From positions 1 through 38,491 of the forward strand of contig CAXTRU010000001.1 of NCBI GenBank assembly GCA_964246665.1: a stretch of 38,491 nucleotides of DNA, read 5' to 3'. Source of the stretch: an uncultured Acidobacteriaceae bacterium (GTDB lineage Bacteria > Acidobacteriota > Terriglobia > Terriglobales > Acidobacteriaceae). Position numbers and translations under genes: made by a program. Below the pieces are notes generated by a model. It did not search any database, had not been told where the DNA came from, and worked only from the letters and a program-made list of their open reading frames with translations. Every line of letters begins with the position of its first letter. The first letter of the stretch is position 1. Shown in pieces: positions 17,351 to 25,917 of this stretch.

Positions 17351-17644
17351 ATGGAAAAGCAGCGCGAACCTCATCCACTGGCCGGGCACACGGTCCTGCT
17401 CACGGGCAAGTACACCAAAGAGCTCGAGGGCCGAGAGCTGAGGGTAGAGCACTGGTGGATCAATGTGAGTGGGAAGAATTGGGGCAACTCAGATGGCAAT
17501 CCTGTCGCGCTGCAGTACGCAATGCGAATGGGTTTCGCCCGCGGCCCACTTGGAAATGACGTCGTGTACGGCAAGATCGGCAGCTACGGCGCGCTCGTTC
17601 ATGTGGACGAACTTGGATCAGTCGCCGGCAGCGCAGCAGCTTAA
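17351..17644 (+). CDS. Hypothetical phage protein
   Basis: GGAGG RBS; HPLAGHTV...WWINVSGKNW...VVYGKIGSYGALVH. Confidence 0.75.
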   Translation: MEKQREPHPLAGHTVLLTGKYTKELEGRELRVEHWWINVSGKNWGNSDGNPVALQYAMRMGFARGPLGNDVVYGKIGSYGALVHVDELGSVAGSAAA

Positions 17645-17702
17645 CAGCGAAGCGGCGATCGCTGTCACGACCGCCGCCCAGCCTTCACTCGAGGAAAGGA
17701 CC

Positions 17703-19643
17703 ATGCACATGACCCAACCCCAGATCGGCAGCTTTGAGCCTATCCCGCTCTCCGCGATCCGTCCATCCACTACGAACCCCCGGAAGCACTTCGACCCGGC
17801 CGCGCTCGAGGAGCTGACCCAGAGCGTGCGCGAGCTCGGCGTCACAGTGCCGATCATGGTGCGACCGTTGACCGACGAAGAGGATGGTAATCCGCACAAC
17901 ACTTACGAGATCGTTACTGGTGAGCGACGGTACCGGGCCGCGCAAAACGCAGGCCTGGAGACAATTCCAGCGATCGTGCGAGATGAGCTCAGCGATGCCG
18001 AAGCCATGGACCTGCAGATGGTGGAGAATTTGCAGCGCGCAGATCTGCACCCAGTCGAGGAAGCAGAAGGCTACCGCGCACTGATGGCTGGCGGCGCCTC
18101 GGCCGAGGACTGCGCGAAGAAGGCGGGCAAGACCTTGGGGTACGTGCAGCAGCGATTGAAGCTGCTTAGCCTCGAGGTCGATGCGAAGCAGCTCTTTGCC
18201 GATGGTCACATGACACTCGGCCAGGCGCTGCTGTTGGCCAGGTTGACGCCGCGGGATCAGCAGAAGGCGCTGATCTACCTGCTGGGCATCGCTCAGTGGG
18301 AAATCAACAAGGACAATACTCCCGCGAAGCTGATCGCCGGCCGCATCGCGAACGCACATGGAACGCGGGTACGCCGCCTGATCGGTCCCACAGAGGCTGA
18401 GCTGCGCGAGTGGGTCCGTTCGCATGTGCTGCTGCAGCTCGCCGGCGTGCCATGGGATCTGGGCGACGCGGCTCTGCTGCCGATCGCGGGGCCGTGCACG
18501 ACATGCCCGAAGCGGACCGGCGCAAACACCGCGCTCTTTATGGACATCACCACGTCCGAAGACACGTGCGTGGATCCGGTGTGCTTTGGCGACAAGCAGA
18601 AGGCGTTCACCCTGCGCGAGCAGGCGAGGGCGAAGGAAACCGGCTCACCGCTGCTGAAGATCTCCGCGAAGGCCTCGACGGACAAGCTGCCCGAGCCAGT
18701 CGTGGAACTGCAGCCGAGCAAGGTGGTGCAAATGGGTGAGAAGGCGGTTCAGACGAAGCGGCCGGTCGTGGTGACCAAAAAGCCGGTGAAGCAGGGCCAG
18801 TGGGTGGCCAGCGAAGAAGGCGCGTGCCCGAAGACGGTTCAGGCCATCATGGTCGACGGGGCCGACCAGGGCAAGACGAAGTGGGTGTGCGCGGACCAGA
18901 CCTGCAAAGTGCACAAGCATACGGTGAGCCGGCCGGGAGCAAGTGGACCCTCCACGAATGAGACCTGGGAGCAGCAAAGGGAGCGCCAGCTGGCGCAGGA
19001 GAAAGTGATCGTCGCTGCGGAAGAGCCGATACGGGCCGTGATCTTTCGCGAGATGGAAAAAGCGGGTGGACCCGGCAATGAACAGTTCCTTCGCTTGCTG
19101 GTCGCCCATTCGATCACAAGTAGAAACACTGAGTTTGTCTGCAAGTCCCTTGATGTCGAGTTCACGCCATCAAAAAAGGCATCCGAGGGTAGCCTCGAAT
19201 ACCGCGAAGCAGCAGAGGAGGCGCTGATCAAGGAACTCAGAACGCGGCCAATGTCGTTCGTCATCGAAGCCTGCTTCTATTCACTGGCCGGGGCTGCGCT
19301 CCGCATCAACGCATGGCAGATGCATCGCGATCCAGCCGTGGATCGCGAGGCTCTGTGGAACTACGCGCAGCAGGTGGGGGTGGACGCTGCGGCCATGGCG
19401 GCAGAGTTCGAAGCGGCGAAGGCGCAAAATGCAGAGCAAGAGCAGGAAAAACCGGAAAAGAAGAAGCTTACTGCGGCACAACAGCAGGTTCGCAAGAAGG
19501 CCGAGGCAAAGAAGCACGGACTAACGCCTGAAAAACGTAAGGCCATTGCTGACGCAATGAAAAAGCGTTGGGCGGAGAACAAGGCCAAGGTGGATGGAAA
19601 GTCAGCTTCGGCCGGTGCGGCCGAAGAAAGCGTGGGTGCCTGA
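17703..19643 (+). CDS. ParB/RepB/Spo0J-family protein with Cys-rich central domain
   Basis: NPRKHFD..LEELTQSV...VPIMVR, EIVTGERRYRA, ENLQRADL, HTH; CTTC...C...C and C...CKVH; AAGGA RBS. Confidence 0.88.
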   Translation: MHMTQPQIGSFEPIPLSAIRPSTTNPRKHFDPAALEELTQSVRELGVTVPIMVRPLTDEEDGNPHNTYEIVTGERRYRAAQNAGLETIPAIVRDELSDAEAMDLQMVENLQRADLHPVEEAEGYRALMAGGASAEDCAKKAGKTLGYVQQRLKLLSLEVDAKQLFADGHMTLGQALLLARLTPRDQQKALIYLLGIAQWEINKDNTPAKLIAGRIANAHGTRVRRLIGPTEAELREWVRSHVLLQLAGVPWDLGDAALLPIAGPCTTCPKRTGANTALFMDITTSEDTCVDPVCFGDKQKAFTLREQARAKETGSPLLKISAKASTDKLPEPVVELQPSKVVQMGEKAVQTKRPVVVTKKPVKQGQWVASEEGACPKTVQAIMVDGADQGKTKWVCADQTCKVHKHTVSRPGASGPSTNETWEQQRERQLAQEKVIVAAEEPIRAVIFREMEKAGGPGNEQFLRLLVAHSITSRNTEFVCKSLDVEFTPSKKASEGSLEYREAAEEALIKELRTRPMSFVIEACFYSLAGAALRINAWQMHRDPAVDREALWNYAQQVGVDAAAMAAEFEAAKAQNAEQEQEKPEKKKLTAAQQQVRKKAEAKKHGLTPEKRKAIADAMKKRWAENKAKVDGKSASAGAAEESVGA

Positions 19644-21416
19644 GTGCGATCGAAGCTTTTTCTAGGCCAAGCCGGCGAGCAGCCGATCGGGTTCAACCTC
19701 GATCTGCTGCTACGCGGCCGGCTCTTAATTCAGGGCAGTTCCGGCTCAGGCAAGAGCGAAACGGTAAAGAAAATCTGCGCCGCGACGCAGGACCAAATCC
19801 CATCGATCATCATCGATCCCGAAGGCGAGTATGCTCCGCTTCGTTCAGGGATGCCGTTTCTGCTGATCGGACCTGGAGGCGAGGTCCCCGCCACAGTCGA
19901 GACTGCGGAGTTGGTGGCGCACCGCCTTCTTGAAACCGGGGCTTCGGCAATCTGCGACCTATACGAGCTTGGCCATGCCCGCGGTGAATGGGTTCGCCGA
20001 TTCCTGGTCGCCCTGGACACTGCGCCGAAAGACCTACGCCGTGAATGCCTTCTGTTCATCGACGAGGCGCATATGTTCGCGCCGGAACAGGGGAACTCGC
20101 TCGATCCAGTCGGAATGGCGGTTGCGGACATCGCGAGCCGTGGACGGAAGCGTGGGATCGGCATCGTGGTCGTGACACAACGGCTTGCCCTGCTCAGTAA
20201 CCACATCATCGGGCTTTGCGAAAACCTGCTGATCGGTCGCACCGGCCTGCTGGATGCGCCAAGAACGGCGAAGCTGTTTGCGAAGGGTGGCAAGGAAAGC
20301 CGCGAGTTCATCCAGGAGATCGGCCGCATCAGCGACGGACAGTTCTACGCCTACGGCCGGGCATTCGGGCTACTTGAACCGACGCTGTTTCAGGTGGAAC
20401 GCGTTCCAGGGCAAACCCTCGAAAAAGCAAGCCGAGCAGGGAAGCGGCAGTCTCTTCCTACACCTGATCAGCTCAAAGATCTGCTGCCGAAGTTCGCCGA
20501 CTTGCCGGCCGAGGCGAAAGCCCAGAGGGAGACGCTCGAGACTTTGCGTGCGCGCGTTCGTGAGCTGGAGCGAGAGAAAGCGCCCAGGCCTGCTGCAGTA
20601 ACAACACCGGCGACGCCGGCAATCAACAGAGAGGCGGTGATGGAATTGCGAGAGCACCTGGAGGTGATCGGGAAGTCGGTCAACGCGATACGTCGGGATC
20701 ATGCTGAACGCGAAAAGCGTGCGGAGCGCATTCGCTCGATTGTGAAAGAGCTTGGGAAGCTCGTTGACCCTGATGATCCAAACCTCCCGGCGCTAGCTCT
20801 CACCACGATCAGCGAGGCTCAGACTGAAGCAAAGCGGGTGGTAGGACGTTTGGAAGGCAAATCGCCTGTACCTGCCGGAACGCCTGCGCCGATCAAGATT
20901 GCCATTGCCGCTGAACCTGGTCCAGTTGGCGAGGGGATGAAGCCTGCTGAGCAGAAGATCCTCGACGCGATTGCCTGGATGGAAGCGATCGGCGTCAACG
21001 ATCCGTCCCCGGGTGTCGTGGCGTTTTTGGCGGATTCGAGTCCGACGTCCAGCACATTCCATAAGGCTCGCGCCGCGGTGGTAAAGCAGGGTTTTGTCGT
21101 TATCGGGGCAGACAGCATGCGACTTACCGATCAGGGAAGGGAACGCGCTAACTCGCCCGGGATCGACCCGAGCTCTGCGGGTCTGCAAGCAGCGGTCCTG
21201 GCCAAAATCAGTGATGCGGAGGGCAGACTTCTCCAGGTCCTCATCAAGGCTTGGCCAGAATGGACGTCGCAACCGCACGCAGCCCACCTGGCCGGCAGCT
21301 CGGCCACATCGAGCACCTTCCATAAAGCTCGGGCGCGACTTGTATCGCTGAGGCTTGCAGAGCTGCAGGACGGCAATCTGCGCGCGACCGATCTGCTCTT
21401 TCCGGAGCGTGCGTGA
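19644..21416 (+). CDS. HerA/FtsK-superfamily (DUF87-like) ATPase with coiled coil and tandem C-terminal repeats
   Basis: IQGSSGSGKS (Walker A), IIDPEGEY, LFIDEAHMFAP (Walker B), RGRKRGIGIVVVTQR. Confidence 0.85.
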   Translation: MRSKLFLGQAGEQPIGFNLDLLLRGRLLIQGSSGSGKSETVKKICAATQDQIPSIIIDPEGEYAPLRSGMPFLLIGPGGEVPATVETAELVAHRLLETGASAICDLYELGHARGEWVRRFLVALDTAPKDLRRECLLFIDEAHMFAPEQGNSLDPVGMAVADIASRGRKRGIGIVVVTQRLALLSNHIIGLCENLLIGRTGLLDAPRTAKLFAKGGKESREFIQEIGRISDGQFYAYGRAFGLLEPTLFQVERVPGQTLEKASRAGKRQSLPTPDQLKDLLPKFADLPAEAKAQRETLETLRARVRELEREKAPRPAAVTTPATPAINREAVMELREHLEVIGKSVNAIRRDHAEREKRAERIRSIVKELGKLVDPDDPNLPALALTTISEAQTEAKRVVGRLEGKSPVPAGTPAPIKIAIAAEPGPVGEGMKPAEQKILDAIAWMEAIGVNDPSPGVVAFLADSSPTSSTFHKARAAVVKQGFVVIGADSMRLTDQGRERANSPGIDPSSAGLQAAVLAKISDAEGRLLQVLIKAWPEWTSQPHAAHLAGSSATSSTFHKARARLVSLRLAELQDGNLRATDLLFPERA

Positions 21417-21796
21417 TGGCCAGCTGCAAGCACCGCGATAAACCGGGTGGGCCGGAGACGTGCCAATTGATGGCAGCAGCCGGCAGTGACTTTTGCCCGC
21501 GGCACGGCTTTCTCCAGAATCTGGCTGCGGAAGCAAAGCGGGACAAAGCACTGCAGAAACAGCAGAAGGCGCGAGACGGCAGCGGCGGCATGCCGCAAAC
21601 CCGCGAACAGCTGCTGCGCCGCGGCTATGAATACCATGGCAACCGTCAATGCGTTGGGTGTCACGAGCTGATTGAGTGGTGGAAGACGCCCCAGGGGAAC
21701 ATGGCGCCGTTCAACCCGATGCCTGAGATCACGTCGCACTGCACCTCGCATTTCGCCACCTGTGTGCGGCGGGACGCCTTTCGGAGGGCAGGTTGA
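21413..21796 (+). CDS. Hypothetical phage protein, Zn-binding motifs
   Basis: C...C...FCPRH and CVGC..IEWWKT..G..APF...SHFATC. Confidence 0.7.
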   Translation: MMASCKHRDKPGGPETCQLMAAAGSDFCPRHGFLQNLAAEAKRDKALQKQQKARDGSGGMPQTREQLLRRGYEYHGNRQCVGCHELIEWWKTPQGNMAPFNPMPEITSHCTSHFATCVRRDAFRRAG

Positions 21797-22143
21797 CTTG
21801 GCGGATACTGCTCGGCAAATTGAGTTTTCCGCTGCTGGTTGGGGTGTCGCTGTTGTGGAGTTGGAGCGCCTACAGCCGACACGCTGAACAGGAGGAGCTG
21901 GAACGGATTGGCGAGGCCGCTGCGAAAGCGGCCGATCGCCAGGCTTCGTACGATGCCCACCACATGGCAACGGCCATGCTGCGTGACGTGACCAACTGCG
22001 GGATCAAGGATTGGGGCGAAAAGCCGGTCAACGTCGACGGTGATCCGCGTCATGCGGTCGAGGTGTTGTGGACCAGGCTGCAGTGCGACGAGGGTGTGTT
22101 CACGATGCGCGGCCGCTTGCCGAAGCTGGTGACGCAGCGATAG
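21793..22143 (+). CDS. Hypothetical protein with N-terminal TM/signal
   Basis: TTG start overlapping upstream stop, GGAGG upstream, hydrophobic N-terminus. Confidence 0.6.
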   Translation: MTWRILLGKLSFPLLVGVSLLWSWSAYSRHAEQEELERIGEAAAKAADRQASYDAHHMATAMLRDVTNCGIKDWGEKPVNVDGDPRHAVEVLWTRLQCDEGVFTMRGRLPKLVTQR

Positions 22144-22161
22144 AGGTTTGAAGGAGAGAAC

Positions 22162-22437
22162 GTGGCGATTCCTGGATTCGTGATCCTGATGGTGATCGTG
22201 GCGCTGTTTGCCTATGGCGAGTACAAAGAGTGGCGCGGGCAGCAGCAAGGCGCGGCAATCGAGCAACTGAAGCGTGTGCCGCTGATCGAGCAGGAAGTGA
22301 AGCGAGAGCGGCAGTACTGGCTGCAGTACCTGCAGGCCTACCGTGTGCCGCAGCCGCAGAGCGTGGTGCTGAATCTGGGCGACGACATGGAGATACGGCG
22401 CAAAGCGCAGCCGCGACTTCCAAAGGAGCCAAAGTGA
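22162..22437 (+). CDS. Small membrane-anchored protein
   Basis: AAGGAG RBS, N-terminal TM helix. Confidence 0.65.
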   Translation: MAIPGFVILMVIVALFAYGEYKEWRGQQQGAAIEQLKRVPLIEQEVKRERQYWLQYLQAYRVPQPQSVVLNLGDDMEIRRKAQPRLPKEPK

Positions 22438-23189
22438 TCCCCAACGTGCCGCCTGACTGGAGCTTGCTGATGCGGCTGCTGATCTGCTGGGAGTTCCTGG
22501 TCTACTGGTCGCTTCGGAAAATCATCCAGGGCGTGGATAGGATCGTTCCCTTTACGAAGCACCATCTCATTCGCCTTCTGTTGGCTGTGTACGTGTTTGG
22601 GATCGTTGGTGAATTGGTTTATAGCCGAGCAGCGTGGTTCTGGGTGGCTCCCCCGCTCATTCTGGTCGGCATCTACTTGCGGGCCGACACAGAAAACCAC
22701 ACCACGCTAATCAATGTTTGGATAGGCGTTTTACGCCTCGCCGCATTCTCGTTGTTCATGCTTTGGTCGGCTTTTTCACTACATTCCGGTCAAGGTTGGA
22801 ATGCGCTTTCTCAGGCAGCGCTCGCCATCCTGCAATACGCACTGTCCATGCCTGGCGGACCGCCGAAGAAACGCCGCAGACTGCTGGAGGCGATCGAAGA
22901 ACTTGCCACGAGGCCAGGCTACTCAACAGCAAGCATGCCGGCTTCGCGCATCTCCTTCGCTCGCTTGGCTACGCGTTGGGCTAACCACACAGCATTCGCG
23001 ATCTCCGCCATCATCCGCGGACTCGCTGCACCGCAAAACTCGCGATCCTCAAAGCGAGCCGACTCGCATCGCCTAGGGACACAGATGGATAAAAATCAAG
23101 GCAGATCAGCGCTTGAGAGTGTCCAGTTACAGATCTGGGTTTGGCGCACCAGGGATGATAGCTACAAACGCATCCGCTTTGGGTTATAA
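22434..23189 (+). CDS. Multi-pass membrane protein
   Basis: AAGGAG RBS and GTGA overlap; about 4-5 hydrophobic segments; visibly more AT-rich; C-terminal third doubtful. Confidence 0.55.
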   Translation: MIPNVPPDWSLLMRLLICWEFLVYWSLRKIIQGVDRIVPFTKHHLIRLLLAVYVFGIVGELVYSRAAWFWVAPPLILVGIYLRADTENHTTLINVWIGVLRLAAFSLFMLWSAFSLHSGQGWNALSQAALAILQYALSMPGGPPKKRRRLLEAIEELATRPGYSTASMPASRISFARLATRWANHTAFAISAIIRGLAAPQNSRSSKRADSHRLGTQMDKNQGRSALESVQLQIWVWRTRDDSYKRIRFGL

Positions 23190-23195
23190 ACCGTT

Positions 23196-23477
23196 GTGGG
23201 TTCCAGGCGCAGAGCAGATGGGGTAGTTTCGAAGCACCGTTCCCGTGTTCCGCGATTGCCCAAGCGTTTGCGACTCGATCTCGATCCTGGTGTGTATCAG
23301 AAACTCCTGCAACTGGCGAAGGTTGACCTTGACGGCCGCGGCGAGCCGTTGGTGGGCGTCATCGAGCGACTGATCCGGGAGGCTTCCGACGCCCAAGCCG
23401 TGCGGCGCGGTTGCCAATTGCAACCAAACGAGTATGTACATGAATGGCTGAAAAACTCGAGCGGCGTGGCAATGTAG
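23196..23477 (+). CDS. Possible ribbon-helix-helix DNA-binding protein
   Basis: KRLRLDLDPGVYQKLLQLA...LVGVIERLIREA pattern. Confidence 0.5.
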   Translation: MGSRRRADGVVSKHRSRVPRLPKRLRLDLDPGVYQKLLQLAKVDLDGRGEPLVGVIERLIREASDAQAVRRGCQLQPNEYVHEWLKNSSGVAM

Positions 23478-23486
23478 CTGGATACC

Positions 23487-23903
23487 ATGGCACAGACCGA
23501 TGTGAGTTCTGTGGAAGCCGCCTACGAAGCTGCGGTTTCCAGCGAGGGGCAAGTTCGTCTCGAGCGGTTCACTGACTTTGCAAGGTTGGCGGATCAGTTC
23601 TCGGAAGAGCATGTGTACAGATCGGAAGAAGCAAAAGCTCGGTTCGGCGTGGCCTACGCGAACCTGATGCACAACTTTCTGGGTTCGCTGGCAGACCTGA
23701 AAATGATGGGCGCGCACCGGGAAGTTCTGCTGGGACTTGAACGGTACGGGCCTGAGAAGTACGCCGTTGCTGAGGCGTGGAGCGAGGGCGTGCTAATCCG
23801 CAACGGGGCGAGCACGGTTGAACTTCTGCATCGCGTGGACGACAAAAACTTAAGTAATGATCCGTGCGGGGCACCACGTGGCCTGAACGGTGAAGCGCGG
23901 TAA
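23487..23903 (+). CDS. Hypothetical phage protein
   Basis: 138-aa ORF in operon orientation. Confidence 0.6.
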   Translation: MAQTDVSSVEAAYEAAVSSEGQVRLERFTDFARLADQFSEEHVYRSEEAKARFGVAYANLMHNFLGSLADLKMMGAHREVLLGLERYGPEKYAVAEAWSEGVLIRNGASTVELLHRVDDKNLSNDPCGAPRGLNGEAR

Positions 23904-24040
23904 ACGAAAGATCGTGGGATAGTCGAACTTGCTTCCCACAACACATTTGCGCTGCTCTTCACGAGCGGGCCTCGCGCATAAGACAGGCCAGGGCGCGGAC
24001 GATGGTCTGCGTCTCTGCGTCGATCCAATCCGTTTTCGTT

Positions 24041-24068
24041 CCCGAGCCTCGTGCTCGGGCTTTTTGTT
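24041..24068 (+). terminator. Rho-independent terminator
   Basis: CCCGAGC-ctcgt-GCTCGGG followed by CTTTTTGTT. Confidence 0.7.
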
Positions 24069-24081
24069 GGAGATCTACCCG

Positions 24082-24489
24082 GTGAACCGCAAGCGTCGCA
24101 GCAACCGATCGCCAAAGCCACATCGCATGGATGCGACGGTGATGCTGTTTCAGGCAAAAGATCTTGGGGAAACGCAGCTCTCCGGCCGCTACTGGTCGGT
24201 GAGCCTGCGGATAGCCCTGGAGATGGTTGAAGGTGGGGAAGCAGAGCCGATCGAGATCGTGAGTGCTGAGAACGGCACCTTTCTCGCTTATGTGGAAACG
24301 GAGTTCGGCTTATCTCGGCGGATGCAGCTACGGCGCCAGATCCGCGACATCAGCTGCTCGATGGGGCCACGTGTCACGGAAGCTGCGGCGGCAGGTGTGG
24401 AGAAGTATCGCGAGCTGGTGAACGCGTGGTCCACCCGTCGGCACGTGCCGGCGATTCGTCAGAGGTGCAGGGAGCAGGTGACAACGTGA
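24082..24489 (+). CDS. Hypothetical phage protein
   Basis: GGAG then GTG 24082; coupled to next gene by GTGA. Confidence 0.6.
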   Translation: MNRKRRSNRSPKPHRMDATVMLFQAKDLGETQLSGRYWSVSLRIALEMVEGGEAEPIEIVSAENGTFLAYVETEFGLSRRMQLRRQIRDISCSMGPRVTEAAAAGVEKYRELVNAWSTRRHVPAIRQRCREQVTT

Positions 24490-24788
24490 AAAGCGGCACA
24501 ATCGAAACCAATCTTGCCGAGCAGTTTCTCCGTTGCCGTGTCTGCACCGAAATTGATGAGATCCCACGCCGCATCTTGCGCGACCCGGAACAGGTGTTAA
24601 ATCTGGTCGAAGAGGTTGTCCACGATCATCGCGAGTGCGGCCGGTACGCCGACAATCCAGCCATGGCGAAGCTGCAGCGCGACTTTCGCAAGCGTGTCGA
24701 TCGCGAGATGGATTGTGAAGGTCGACTAGCAGCGGCGCGTTCGTGCGCAAAACCGGTACTTGCTCGCAGACGCTGCACAGGAAGATAG
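24486..24788 (+). CDS. Hypothetical phage protein (CxxC...HxxC)
   Basis: CRVC...HREC; GTGA overlap. Confidence 0.6.
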   Translation: MKSGTIETNLAEQFLRCRVCTEIDEIPRRILRDPEQVLNLVEEVVHDHRECGRYADNPAMAKLQRDFRKRVDREMDCEGRLAAARSCAKPVLARRRCTGR

Positions 24789-24794
24789 ATCGCT

Positions 24795-25163
24795 ATGGAA
24801 CACTCGGTGCAGCGTTCGTATCGTCGAACGGTCGCCGGTGAGGCATCGATGTTCGGGCCAGGTTTGGAACCGGATGCCATCCGTGCGGTGAACACCTACG
24901 ACGTCACAGGTCACATGCGCCGGCGCACCGGACAGACGTTGGAAGAAGCTCTCGTAGAGCGGCTGACGACTGTGTGTCTGCTCAAGCGATTTACGCCTCG
25001 GCAGCAGCTGGTGGTGCGCATGCTGTGTGAGAACTACAAGCAATCTGACGTCGCCCACCAACTCGGTCTGTCTCTGCGCACAGTCAACACGCTGGTGCGG
25101 CAGGTGAGAGAAAGCATGTCTGCGGGCAATGTCAACTGCCGGCGTATCCCGGTCGCGGCCTAG
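24795..25163 (+). CDS. LuxR/sigma70-region-4-type HTH regulator (probable late activator)
   Basis: FTPRQQLVVRML..YKQSDVAHQLGLSLRTVNTLV; last gene before the late region. Confidence 0.75.
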   Translation: MEHSVQRSYRRTVAGEASMFGPGLEPDAIRAVNTYDVTGHMRRRTGQTLEEALVERLTTVCLLKRFTPRQQLVVRMLCENYKQSDVAHQLGLSLRTVNTLVRQVRESMSAGNVNCRRIPVAA

Positions 25164-25282
25164 GGGGTATGGGGGTGTGATTCCCCTCGATGTCACCGCC
25201 GCGGAGACCGCCCATCTGGTAAATTTTCGCATCCACAATTCATTTTTTCGGCCCGATCGGTCGACGAGAGGGCAATCCGGCT

Positions 25283-25615
25283 ATGACGTTACGGCGTCCT
25301 GAAGAAAAAACGCTCGCCCAGTGGTGCTTTGAGGGCCTGAACCTGAAAACCGTCATCCTGATGGTGGTTTCCATCTGCGCCTGCTACTACACCACCGGCA
25401 CACGAGTGACGGTGATTGAGGCCGGCAGCAAGGAAACCGACCGCCGCTTCGATGACACGACCCGGCGCCTGGACGCGCAGCGCGACATGATCAAGTCCAA
25501 GGTCGACAAAGACACCTACGACATGGATCAGAAGCGCCTTGCCGAGGAGCTCGCCGCGATCCGCGACAGCGAAGGCCGCATCGAGGACATCCTCATGGAG
25601 CGCCACAGCCGATGA
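25283..25615 (+). CDS. TM plus coiled-coil protein (holin/XhlA-like, tentative)
   Basis: Single TM followed by heptad-rich charged region; GAGGG RBS. Confidence 0.55.
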   Translation: MTLRRPEEKTLAQWCFEGLNLKTVILMVVSICACYYTTGTRVTVIEAGSKETDRRFDDTTRRLDAQRDMIKSKVDKDTYDMDQKRLAEELAAIRDSEGRIEDILMERHSR

Positions 25616-25917
25616 CGCTCGTCAGCTTCCTGGCACATCACCTGGCTTTCTGGCTGCTGCTGGCCTGGTGGCTGCTTTCCGCCGTGATTGACGGCATGCC
25701 AAAGCCCACGCCGTCCTGTAGCCGTCGCTATCTCTGGACCTATCGCAGCTGCCATCTCTTCGCCGCCAACGTGTATCGCGCCCTGCGCGCCCGCTATCCA
25801 GGAGTGCCCTTTGCCGGCTGTCACGACGATCAAGGCCTCGATGCCAACAGTGAGCGAGCACCCGAACCGCTTACAGTTCCGCGGCCGGCTCACCCTGGTG
25901 GACCGCCCGAGCGATAA
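25612..25917 (+). CDS. Putative holin-like membrane protein
   Basis: TM helix, then MPKP...YLWTYR..HLFAAN; ATGA overlap. Confidence 0.5.
   Translation: MTLVSFLAHHLAFWLLLAWWLLSAVIDGMPKPTPSCSRRYLWTYRSCHLFAANVYRALRARYPGVPFAGCHDDQGLDANSERAPEPLTVPRPAHPGGPPER

Noticed and set aside
17703-19643. Classical ParABS plasmid-prophage partition system
   Set aside because: No ParA-type ATPase and no canonical TGTTTCACGTGAAACA-like parS noticed; the element has an integrase and is integrated
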